From an uncultured delta proteobacterium (GTDB taxonomy: Bacteria > Desulfobacterota > Binatia > UBA9968): DNA of 64,000 nucleotides. Location of the stretch: positions 224,001 through 288,000 of the forward strand of contig CAWFJP010000014.1 in NCBI GenBank assembly GCA_963816145.1. The letters run 5' to 3'. The notes under the pieces were generated by a model. It worked only from the letters and a program-made list of their open reading frames with translations. It did no database searches and was not told where the DNA came from. Position 1 is the first letter of the stretch; every line of letters begins with the position of its first letter. This document shows positions 20,153 to 29,363 of this stretch, in pieces. Both the position numbers and the translations under genes were made by a program.

Positions 20153-22561
20153 ATGCAAAACACCGTCATTGCTCCTGATGCAAGAACAGATTCCGTGCGC
20201 GGCTTCTGCGCGCTGTGCACGGCGCACTGCGCTACGATCGCGACCGTGACAGATGGCAAAGTCGTTCGGCTCGAAGCCGATGACGATCATCCCAACGGCG
20301 GGGTATTTTGCCTCAAAGGAAAAGCTGCGCCGGAACTGTTCTACCATCCGGATCGGCTCAATCATCCGCTCAAACGAACCAGACCGAAAGGCGACAGCGA
20401 TCCGGGATGGCAACGGGTCAGCTGGGACGAAGCGCTGGACGACATTGCGCATCGATTGAATGTCATTCGCGAACGTTACGGCGCCCGCGCTGTGGCGCTC
20501 GCTAAAGGCACCGGCGGGGGCACCTCGGTTTCCGATGCCGAGCGATGGCTGGCACGTCTGCTCAATCGCTTCGGCAGTCCCAACTGGACATCAACTACGC
20601 ATGTTTGCAATTGGCATAAGGACACCGGGTTCACCTACACGTTCGGCGTGGAAATTCCGACGCCGGACGTAATGCACAGCGGCGCCTTTTTACTCTGGGG
20701 GCACAATCCGAGCTCGACCTCGTTGATCCTGGCCCACGACATTGTCGCAGCGCGCAAACGCGGCATGAAGATCGTCGCGGTGGACCCGCGACGCGTCGGC
20801 ATCGCGGCGCAGGCCGACGTGCTGCTGCAAGTGCGGCCGGGCACCGACGGCGCGCTCGCGTTAGCGATGATTGACGTGGCGATCAAAGAAAGACTTTTCG
20901 ATGAAGACTTCGTGCGTCAGTGGACCAATGGCTCTTTGTTGATTCGTTCCGATACCGGCGCAGCGCTGACCGAAGCTGATTTGAGCGCGAGCGGATCGAT
21001 GGATCGATTCGTCGCCTGGGACGAAATCGCCGGCGCGCCGATCGTCTTTGATTCTGCAACCGGTAGTTATGAATGCCAAACGGCCCGCCTCGCTATTTCG
21101 GGAGAGCGCCGTGTCTGGACTAAAGATGGCAGCGCGATTTCCTGCGAGCCGGCGTTTGCGCGCCTGGCAGCGCTGGCGGCCGAGTTCACGCCAGAGAAAT
21201 CGTCATCGACTACCTGGGTGTCTGCCGACAAAGTTCGGCAAGCGGTGCGCGTGCTGGCGGCGAACCGGCCGGTCAGTATGTTTATGCACAACGGTGTCGG
21301 CCAGCACACCAATGCGACCCAAACGAGCCGGGCGATCGCGACGTTCTATGCGCTCTTCGGCGACATCGATCGCCAAGGCGGCAACGTGGTTTTTCCCAAA
21401 GCGCCGCTTAACGCGATGTCGGGGAAAGAATTTCTTCCCAAAGAAATGGCGCAGCAGCGGATTGGCCGCGAGCGCAAACCGCTTGGCCCGCCGGCCAAAC
21501 CCGGCAACTGCGCGGCCTACGATATATTCACCGCGGTGCTCGAAGGCCGGCCTTATCCGGTGAAGGCGCTGCTCAATTTCGGTTCGAACACGATCATGTC
21601 CACCGGCGACTCGCAGCGAGCCCGCGAAGCCTTCTGTGCGTTGGATTTCGGTGTTGCCGCAGAATTATTCATGACGCCCACCGCCGATCTCTGCGATTAC
21701 GTTTTGCCGGCGACGAGCTTTCTGGAAATGGCCACGGTGTCGAATGACTTCAAGCATCGCGAACAGGGTAGGCGGCATGTGCAGTATCGCCCGGCGGTGG
21801 TTGCGCCGTTGGCCGAGCGGCGTTCCGATACTTGGATCGTCTTCGAATTGGCGAAGCGGTTGGGGTTCGCCGATGACTTCTGGCAGGGCGATATCGAGGC
21901 GGCGTATGCACAAGAGTTGGCGCCCGCCGGGATCACATTGAACCAACTCAAGGCTTCGTCAGGCGGCATCACGATTTCCGCGTTACCCCGCTACCAGAAA
22001 TTCACCACGTTGGAGAAATCCGGCGCGCCGCGCGGCTTCAACACACCAGATAAGAAGGTGGCGATTTATTCGCATACTTTCGCGGCGCACGGCTTTGCCG
22101 CGCTGCCGGAGTACGTCGAGCCCCTGGTCAGTCCGATCAGCCGCCCGGATGTGGCGGAAGAATATCCGTTGGTGCTGACCAACGCGAAGTTTACCACTTA
22201 CATCCACAGCCAGCTGCGCGGCTTGACCAGTTTGCGCAAAGTGTCGCCCCATCCAAGCGCCGATATTCATCCCGAGACCGCGTCCCGTTTTGGCATCACC
22301 GACAAAAGCTGGATGATGATTGAAAGTCCGCGCGACTCGATCCGCGCCAAAGCGCGCGTCACCGACGCGATCGCACCGGGAGTGGTGTGTTGCCAACATG
22401 GCTGGTGGCAAGAATGTAAAGCGCTGGAGTTGCCCGGTTACGATTCCTACGGCGCGGGTTCGGCGAATCCGAGTTTGCTGATCGGTTCTGATATCTCCGA
22501 TCCGATCAGCGGCTCCCTGCCCCATCGGTCGTTTCTGTGCCGGGTCCGGCCGGCGGTTTAG
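20153..22561 (+). CDS. Molybdopterin (bis-MGD) oxidoreductase, DMSO-reductase superfamily, acetylene-hydratase-like group
   Basis: CALCTAHC...CLKG [4Fe-4S] motif, DRLNHPLKR, SWDEALD, VRPGTDGALAL, ADLCDYVLPA, YPLVLTN..HSQ. Confidence 0.9.
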   Translation: MQNTVIAPDARTDSVRGFCALCTAHCATIATVTDGKVVRLEADDDHPNGGVFCLKGKAAPELFYHPDRLNHPLKRTRPKGDSDPGWQRVSWDEALDDIAHRLNVIRERYGARAVALAKGTGGGTSVSDAERWLARLLNRFGSPNWTSTTHVCNWHKDTGFTYTFGVEIPTPDVMHSGAFLLWGHNPSSTSLILAHDIVAARKRGMKIVAVDPRRVGIAAQADVLLQVRPGTDGALALAMIDVAIKERLFDEDFVRQWTNGSLLIRSDTGAALTEADLSASGSMDRFVAWDEIAGAPIVFDSATGSYECQTARLAISGERRVWTKDGSAISCEPAFARLAALAAEFTPEKSSSTTWVSADKVRQAVRVLAANRPVSMFMHNGVGQHTNATQTSRAIATFYALFGDIDRQGGNVVFPKAPLNAMSGKEFLPKEMAQQRIGRERKPLGPPAKPGNCAAYDIFTAVLEGRPYPVKALLNFGSNTIMSTGDSQRAREAFCALDFGVAAELFMTPTADLCDYVLPATSFLEMATVSNDFKHREQGRRHVQYRPAVVAPLAERRSDTWIVFELAKRLGFADDFWQGDIEAAYAQELAPAGITLNQLKASSGGITISALPRYQKFTTLEKSGAPRGFNTPDKKVAIYSHTFAAHGFAALPEYVEPLVSPISRPDVAEEYPLVLTNAKFTTYIHSQLRGLTSLRKVSPHPSADIHPETASRFGITDKSWMMIESPRDSIRAKARVTDAIAPGVVCCQHGWWQECKALELPGYDSYGAGSANPSLLIGSDISDPISGSLPHRSFLCRVRPAV

Positions 22562-22668
22562 CCACGAAAGGTTTGTCGTTGTTGCCAGCGAAAGCAAAAC
22601 TCGACAATCAGATGGTTCATTAGCGGCTCAACGCGACTTGGTTTACTTTCACGGCGGCATCGTACGCA

Positions 22669-22898
22669 TTAATGCCCGTTAAGGGGATCGTTGAAATCCC
22701 TTCCCTTCAGGCGAAGCGAGGATTTGTCATACCGGCGAAAGCCGGAATCCATCTTCGCTTGTTCTGCAAGGCTGAAAGACCTGGATTCCGGCCGCGGATC
22801 GGGTCCGGGGCAAGCTCTGCGCCGGAATTACGGAAGGAATAGTCGACTTCCAGTCGATAAATTCAGAACTCATCGGCTTATAGCCGAGGGGTGTTCAG
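22669..22898 (+). mobile_element. ~230-bp non-autonomous element, copy 1 (IS200/IS605-like terminal hairpin plus TTCA)
   Basis: Colinear with 23839-24070; ends GAACTCATCGGCTTATAGCCGAGGGGTGTTCAG; internal GTCATACCGGCG...GCCGGAAT palindrome. Confidence 0.6.
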
Positions 22899-22993
22899 TT
22901 ACCTTGCTTGCACGATTTGGCGATGATGCGGAATTTGTTAGATGAAGGCCCGCAGGTAAAGTTTAGGACGGGATAAAAACCCTGGAGGATACT

Positions 22994-23671
22994 ATGAGAG
23001 TGCGTCTATTTCTGCTTGTCATCGGAGCCGTAGTGATTATCGCCAGCAGCCGTTGGGAAAATATTGTTGGCGCCGCCAGCGCCCCGCCCCCAAGCATGGG
23101 CTTCTTCGTTACTAGCGCTAAGAGCAAGACCGGTAACCTTGGGGGCCTGGTAGGCGCGGACAAAATCTGCCAAACGTTAGCCGCTGCCGTCGGGCAGGGT
23201 GACAAAACTTGGCGAGCCTACTTGAGCGCGGATCGGGACCCTGCCAACAACAATAATCCAACCAATGCGCGCGACCGGATCGGCAATGGCCCTTGGTATA
23301 ATGCCAACGGCCTCATGGTCGGCAATGATCTCGCCGACCTTCATGCGCGCAGGGGAAATCCTATCTTGCTTGTCGACGAGCGTGGCCAAATGGTCCCGGG
23401 CAACTGGCCGAACTCACCCAAGCCGACCGAGCACGACGTCCTAACCGGCTCGACAGCCGAAGGGACGGTCATAGCTGGAAAAACCTGCAACAGTTGGACG
23501 TCGGAATCTCCCGACGTGAAGGCGCAAATAGGTCATATTGACGGGATCGGTCTCGTCGGCAATACGGCGGGCGCTTCTTCGTCGTGGAATTCGGCTCATG
23601 AAAATCGAAGCTGCGGCGATACCGCTCCGGGCGGTGGGGCCGGAAGATTCTACTGTTTTGCAGCGAAGTAG
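22994..23671 (+). CDS. Secreted endostatin/C-type-lectin-like protein
   Basis: GGAGG RBS, signal peptide; FFVTS...GNLGGLVGADKICQTLA...TWRAYLS resembles the endostatin-like/DUF1554 pattern; ends FYCFAAK. Confidence 0.75.
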   Translation: MRVRLFLLVIGAVVIIASSRWENIVGAASAPPPSMGFFVTSAKSKTGNLGGLVGADKICQTLAAAVGQGDKTWRAYLSADRDPANNNNPTNARDRIGNGPWYNANGLMVGNDLADLHARRGNPILLVDERGQMVPGNWPNSPKPTEHDVLTGSTAEGTVIAGKTCNSWTSESPDVKAQIGHIDGIGLVGNTAGASSSWNSAHENRSCGDTAPGGGAGRFYCFAAK

Positions 23672-23838
23672 CTGACGTTGACGCCGAACGGCTCAAGCCC
23701 AGGCTGTTAATCGGCTCCGAGATCGGTTGTACGATCTGGAGCTCACTGCGAGGTCGACGTTTTTACTGCAACGCACTTGTGCTGGAGTTGCGGTGACGAA
23801 TTGTTTGCCTTAATTCCACGTCAGAAAAATGCGCAAAT

Positions 23839-24070
23839 TTAATGTCCCTCTCGGGGACGGTTGAAATCCTTCGCCCCTTCGAGAAACCTCGGGGCAGGCT
23901 TCTGGCGAAGAGAAGATTTGTCATGCCGGCGCAGACCGGCATCCATCGTTGCTCGTTTTTGCCAGGCCAAAAACACCTGGATTCCGGCCTGCGCCGGAAT
24001 GACGAAAGGAAGAGTCGGCTTCCAGTCGACAAATTCAGAACCCCTCGGCTTAAAGTCAAGGCTCATTCAG
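23839..24070 (+). mobile_element. ~230-bp non-autonomous element, copy 2
   Basis: TTAATGTCCCTCTCGGGGACGGTTGAAATCC...GTCATGCCGGCG...GCCGGAATGACG...TTCCAGTCGACAAATTCAGAACCCCTCGGCTT...TTCAG. Confidence 0.6.
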
Positions 24071-24091
24071 TAGATGATTTTGTCTGTCGGT

Positions 24092-25120
24092 TTAACGAAA
24101 CGCAGGCAAAACTTCCCGCGCAAAAAGTTGCAGCATTTCGGAGTGCCGTTCGAGGCTCGGATAGATAAACTTGATCTCGAAGTGCGACACGCCCGCGTCG
24201 CTGTAAGCTTTGACTTGCTTGCGGATCTCTTCCGGCGAGCCGATCAGGCTCACTGCGGCCAATTGTTCGACGCTCATCATCCTTTCGAACGTGCTTTGAC
24301 CGATCGCGAGGGTGCCGTAGCCGTCTTGGCGCGCTTTGGCGCCGTCTTCGTCGATGCAACCGTAAACTTCGATACCGAGCTGGATTCGTTCCGGATCTCT
24401 ACCGAGTCTTTCGGCTTGTTCTTTCAACTCGCGAAAGCGCTTGCCGATATCTTCGGGCAGGAGCCATGCTGGCAGCCAGCCGTCGCCCAATGCTGCGGTA
24501 CGCTTCATCGCGGCTTCGGTCCAGCCGCCGACCCAGAGCGGCGGGTTGGGTTTCTGTAGCGGCTTGGGACAGATCTCGGCGTTTTCGAACTTGACGAACT
24601 GACCGTCGTAGCTGGCCGGATGATTCGACCAGATGGTTTTCATCGCGCGCAGATGATCGTCGGCGATCTTGCCGCGCTGTTTTCGATTCACGCCCAGCAC
24701 TTCGTACTCGCGCGATTTAATCGTCGACGGCGATCCGATGCCGACGCCGATATCGAGCCGCCCGCCGCACAGGACGTCGAGAGTGGCAATTTGTTTAGCG
24801 GCCAAAAGCGGATTGCGGCACGGGACGACGACGCAAGCGATGCCGAGACGAACTTTGCGAACTTGACCGGCGATAAATGCCAGCGAGGTCATCGCTTCAA
24901 AGAAGTCGGGGCTTGGGTTGCCGGTGTGCGAGTCGTCGGATCCCGAGGAAATATGGGTGCGATGAATTTCATCCGACCAGGTCAGGTGATCGTGCACCCA
25001 GACTGAGTCGAAACCCAAAGCCTCGACTTCTTGAGCGACTTGCAGCATCGACTGTGGCGATGCTAGCGGTCCGGAGTTGGGAATGCGAATGCCAAAGCTG
25101 ACTTTGTGCGGGCTACTCAT
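24092..25120 (-). CDS. LLM-class flavin/F420-dependent oxidoreductase
   Basis: GGAG RBS; ALGFDSVWVHDH, RNPLLAAKQIATLDVLCGGRLDIGVG, PKPLQKPNPPLWVGG. Confidence 0.92.
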   Translation of the reverse strand: MSSPHKVSFGIRIPNSGPLASPQSMLQVAQEVEALGFDSVWVHDHLTWSDEIHRTHISSGSDDSHTGNPSPDFFEAMTSLAFIAGQVRKVRLGIACVVVPCRNPLLAAKQIATLDVLCGGRLDIGVGIGSPSTIKSREYEVLGVNRKQRGKIADDHLRAMKTIWSNHPASYDGQFVKFENAEICPKPLQKPNPPLWVGGWTEAAMKRTAALGDGWLPAWLLPEDIGKRFRELKEQAERLGRDPERIQLGIEVYGCIDEDGAKARQDGYGTLAIGQSTFERMMSVEQLAAVSLIGSPEEIRKQVKAYSDAGVSHFEIKFIYPSLERHSEMLQLFAREVLPAFR

Positions 25121-25224
25121 AGTTGGAGACTCCTTGGAACTGGTAACTAATATGAAGCAGAATACGGCTTGCAACCGATTCGCTGAACATTGCGAGAACG
25201 TCGCAGCGCTGGCATAGTCGTCGG

Positions 25225-26440
25225 ATGAAGCTATCGCGATATTCAATTCTGTTTCTGTGCACCGCCGTGGCGACCATGACTTCCATCGGCATGAGCACGT
25301 TTAGTTTGTTCTCTGCCGCCGATCGAGAAAGAGTTTGGCTTGTCGCGCTCGATGGTGACGCTGCCTTACATGGTGGCGATGCTCGGATGGGCCGCGGGGG
25401 CGCTGACTTTCGGCAAATTGGCCGACGACCGCGGCTCGCGGTTGGTGGTTTTGATCGGCATCGCGCTGATGGGGGTGGGATTTGCCGGCATGGGGATGTC
25501 GCAAAACTTGTGGCAGCTATCGCTCTCTTACGGCGTCTGCGTCGGCATGGCCATGGGCGCGTGCAGTTTGGTGATCATGTCGCTTTTGGTGTCGAAACAT
25601 TTCGCCGCCAATCGCGGCCTCGCGGTGGCGGTGATTCAAACCGCGCCGCCGATGAGTCCTCTGTTGTTCGCGCCGATTATTTATTTCCTGATTCGTTCCT
25701 ATGATTGGCGCACCGCCGCGCTGTTGGTCAGCGCGTTGTTGTTCCTGATCGCCTGGCCGCTCGCATGGTTCGGCGCCCGCGATCCCGAGGGTTCGCTGCT
25801 CAGCCGCAACGCGCGGGTGGGCTGGAGCGCGTGCCTGCCGTATCTGCGCACGCGCTCGATGCGGTTATTGTTCGCCGTGCGCTTCTCGTGCGGCGTGGCG
25901 TTTTTTCAAATCGCCCATCTGGTTGCTCTGACCATGAGCAAAGGCTTCGATGCCGCCACCGGCGCCAAGGCGGTGAGCGTCTTCGGCGCCGGTGCGGTGG
26001 TGTCGGCGTTGCTTTTCGGCTGGCTGTCGGATCGCTACGGCAGACCGCGCATCTTGGGTCTGAGCTATCTCACGCGCGGCGTCGGAACTCTATTGATGGC
26101 CCTCGATATCAGCAACGCCTACGTCTATTACGCCGTAGTCGCTCTGGCGATCGGGCCGACGTTCGGCACCGTGGCGGTGGGCAATGTTTTGTTCTATGAA
26201 CTCGTCGGTCCGAAAATGGCGGGAATGGTCCTCGGTATGAGTTTTATTGTGCACCAAATCGGCTCCGCGGCCGGTCCGATGGTCGCAAGCATCACTTACG
26301 ACCGCACCGGCAGCTATGACGGCTTTTTGGTGGTGATGAGCATGGTGCTGTTGGCGTCCGGCTTGGCGCTGTTTTGGGAAGGCGAGGCCGGCGCGATCGC
26401 CGTTGATACCGCACCGCTCTCGAATCCTTCGACAACCTAA
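25225..26440 (+). CDS. MFS transporter with an apparent frameshift near 25312
   Basis: N-terminus MKLSRYSILFLC...FSLF joins (L)PPIEKEFGLSRSMVT in the other frame; motif A GKLADDRGSR and GWLSDRYGR. Confidence 0.85.
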
Positions 26441-26486
26441 ATACGATTCGCCGTATCCTTTTGAGCCGCTGGCAAGGAAAAAAATC

Positions 26487-26570
26487 GTCACGCCGGTGCA
26501 AACCGGCGTCCATTCTGATTCACCTCCAGTCGCAATTCCAAAGATGGATTCCGGCGTGCGCCGGAATGAC
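26487..26570. repeat. GTCA...TGAC REP-like palindrome between convergent genes
   Basis: GTCACGCCGGTGCAAACCGGCGTCCA...TGGATTCCGGCGTGCGCCGGAATGAC. Confidence 0.8.
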
Positions 26571-26663
26571 CGAAAAGAGGCGAGTTCAATTCGACGTTGA
26601 GCGAATCTCCGGATATCGAGCCAACGGTTGCTTCATTCAGAAATAGAATCGCCGAAGCATCAC

Positions 26664-27455
26664 TCAGCTCATCAACCGCCCGCCCGAGACATTCAACGAC
26701 TCTCCTGTCGTGTGCGAAGAGTCGCTCGATGCCAGGAACAGCGCGGCGTTGGCAACTTCTTCGTGCTTGGCGTATTTGCGCAACGGCGTGAGGGAGAGGA
26801 TTTGCGCCTCATGCGCCTCAACGGTCATGCCGAGATTTTTCGCGCGTTGGGCGTACATCTCGCGCAGGTCGGGTTCGTCCATGCCACCGGGGCAGATGAT
26901 GTTGGCGCGGATGCCGTGGGGGCCGTATTCCTTGGCGATGGTTTGGGTCAGACCGACGACGCCCCACTTGGCGGCGCACAGTGAGCCGCGCATCGCCATG
27001 CCTTCGCGGCCGGCGGTGCCGGAGATGCTGACGATGCTACCGCTTTTCTGCTTGACCATTTGCTTGAGCACGGCGCGGCAGCAGAGAAAGACCAGCTTCA
27101 AGTTGTAAAGAATCACGTCGTCGAACTCTTTTTCGCTGATCTCGGTCACGGCCACCAGCGGGCCGCGGAAGCCGGCGCTGTTGATCAAGATGTCGATCTT
27201 GCCGAAACGGCGCACGGTGTCGTCGACCAAGGCGTTTACCTGGCGGTCGTCGCTGCAATCGGCAGTGAGAGCGACGGCGTTGCCGCCCTTTTGAATGACC
27301 GCTTTTGCCACTGCGTTGAGTTCGGTTTTCATTCTTTCGAGATCGACCAGGACGATGGTCGCGCCTTCTCTGGAAAAAGTGTGGGCGATGGTTTCGCCGA
27401 TGCCGCGGGCGCCGCCGATGATCAATGCTACCTGACCGTCTAACTTCATTTTCAT
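26664..27455 (-). CDS. SDR family oxidoreductase
   Basis: GGARGIG, DILINSAG, GIRANIICPG, TGESLNVSGG; the catalytic YxxxK appears as LCAAK. Confidence 0.9.
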   Translation of the reverse strand: MKMKLDGQVALIIGGARGIGETIAHTFSREGATIVLVDLERMKTELNAVAKAVIQKGGNAVALTADCSDDRQVNALVDDTVRRFGKIDILINSAGFRGPLVAVTEISEKEFDDVILYNLKLVFLCCRAVLKQMVKQKSGSIVSISGTAGREGMAMRGSLCAAKWGVVGLTQTIAKEYGPHGIRANIICPGGMDEPDLREMYAQRAKNLGMTVEAHEAQILSLTPLRKYAKHEEVANAALFLASSDSSHTTGESLNVSGGRLMS

Positions 27456-27612
27456 TCCTCCTGCAATTACCTAAAGTGGGCTGAACCGATAACGGTTCTT
27501 CAGTCAGAAAACTCTGTTGTCACCTTACTGAAATGTCTTGACGAGAACAACGAAGATCGAATAGCTTTCGGTGGATCGCTATGACTTACGAATTGATCTT
27601 GGAGGCGTGCCC

Positions 27613-28614
27613 ATGGGTAAAGCAATTGTTGGTCTAATAGCTTTTTGTTTCATTACCGGTGCCGCTCATGGCCAGGACGCCAAACTTATCGACGCGGCAA
27701 AAAAAGAAGGCGGTAAGGTCGTGGTCTACAGTTCGATGGAGTCGAGCATCTCGGATGGTATTGCCGCGGGCTTCAAAAAGAAGACGGGCCTGGAGATGGA
27801 TTATTGGCGGGGATCGTCAACCAAGGTCCTCGATCGCGCGCTGAGCGAGCACCGCGCCGGCAAGCCGCTCTTCGATGTCGCCATCACCATCGCCGATCCG
27901 ATGTTCTTGATGCAAAGGGAAGGCGTGTTCGCCAAATATGAATCGCCCGCGGCGGCGGATTATCCGAAAGCGTTGATCGATCCCAATCTTGGACCGAATT
28001 ATCGCACGCTTCTAATTGGCATCGTTTACAACACGAACTCCATCAAGCCCGCTGACGCGCCTAAGTCCTTTGAAGATCTCGTGAAACCGCAGTTCAAAGG
28101 CAAAGTTATCATGCCGGATCCGACGCAACACACGACGACCACACAGTGGGTTGCGAGTCTGCCGAAGTTAATGGGTAAAGATCGGGCCGACAAATTCATC
28201 CGCGAATTGGCGGCAACAAAACCGATTCTCGCCGAGTCGCTGCTGCCACCGGTTGAACGGGCGGTCAGCGGCGAAGTGCCGATCGCGATCACGCTGCTGC
28301 ATTACACCTACGTGTTCCGCCAGCAGGGCGCACCGTTGGATTATGTGCGGATGCCCAAGTTGCTGGGCGACGGTAATTACGTCGCGTTGGGCAACAAAGC
28401 GCCCCATCCCAACGCCGGCAAAGCGTTCATCGATTTTTTTCTCGATGACGAATGCATGAATCTCATGTCCAAGCTCGGCGAGTTCGTCAATCGCAAAGGC
28501 ATCGTGCCGCCGCTCGAAGGCGTGGATAAGATTCAGTTCGTGCCGATGGATCGGCTGGACGCCAAAACCTACGCCGAGAAAAAGAAAGAGTATCAAACAC
28601 TATTCTTGCGCTAG
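27613..28614 (+). CDS. ABC extracellular solute-binding protein (Fe3+/AfuA-like, SBP_bac_6)
   Basis: Signal peptide; AAKKEGGKVVVYSS, IVYNT, APHPNAGKAFIDF. Confidence 0.88.
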   Translation: MGKAIVGLIAFCFITGAAHGQDAKLIDAAKKEGGKVVVYSSMESSISDGIAAGFKKKTGLEMDYWRGSSTKVLDRALSEHRAGKPLFDVAITIADPMFLMQREGVFAKYESPAAADYPKALIDPNLGPNYRTLLIGIVYNTNSIKPADAPKSFEDLVKPQFKGKVIMPDPTQHTTTTQWVASLPKLMGKDRADKFIRELAATKPILAESLLPPVERAVSGEVPIAITLLHYTYVFRQQGAPLDYVRMPKLLGDGNYVALGNKAPHPNAGKAFIDFFLDDECMNLMSKLGEFVNRKGIVPPLEGVDKIQFVPMDRLDAKTYAEKKKEYQTLFLR

Positions 28615-28735
28615 AATAGCGAAATATGAGAATTGGCTGGAAAGAACTCCTCGAACGCGAAAATAATACCGTTTGGTGATCGATTGCTTGAGAGTGAACG
28701 AATGGCCGCCGCCGGATTCTTCAGGAGCTAAGTAA

Positions 28736-29344
28736 ATGACGACAATTTCCGATCCCTGGGATCATCACGATTGGGCCTCGCGCGATTACGTGCTGGAGTG
28801 GGCCGAGCGCCAAGACGCCAGCAAACCTCATCGCGAGCAGGCGTTTGGTGTCATCGCCGCGACGATGCCATTCGAGAAGGATGCGCGAATCAAGATTCTC
28901 GATGTCGGCTCGGGTTACGGCGCGTTGACGTTCTATCTTCTAAGCCAATTCCGCAATGGCCGAGCGGTTTGTCATGACGGTTCGGCCGAGATGCTTGCGC
29001 TCGGACGCGAGCGCTTGGGCAAATTTAAAGGGCGCGTCAAGTTCATTCAGAGCGATTTGAGCAAGCCGGGGTGGAGCAAAAAACTAAAAGGTCCTTTCGA
29101 TGCGGTGGTGTCATCGATCGCGATCCACAACGTGCGCGAGCACGCGGCTATTCGTTCGATCTACGGCGAGAGTTTTGACCTGCTGAATCCCGGCGGCTGC
29201 TTTTTGAATCTCGACCGAATGCGGCCCTCGGTGAACGAACAACTCGACTGGCTGCGCGAAGCCGGCTACCAGCAAGTTCAGCAGTTTTGGGATGGCGGCA
29301 AGCGCGCGATCGTTGGCGGATTTCGGCAATCTCAGCGAAAATAG
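28736..29344 (+). CDS. Class I SAM-dependent methyltransferase
   Basis: ILDVGSGYG, FDAVVSSIAIH, LLNPGGCF. Confidence 0.9.
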   Translation: MTTISDPWDHHDWASRDYVLEWAERQDASKPHREQAFGVIAATMPFEKDARIKILDVGSGYGALTFYLLSQFRNGRAVCHDGSAEMLALGRERLGKFKGRVKFIQSDLSKPGWSKKLKGPFDAVVSSIAIHNVREHAAIRSIYGESFDLLNPGGCFLNLDRMRPSVNEQLDWLREAGYQQVQQFWDGGKRAIVGGFRQSQRK

Positions 29345-29363
29345 CGGGCGGATGTTTTAGATA

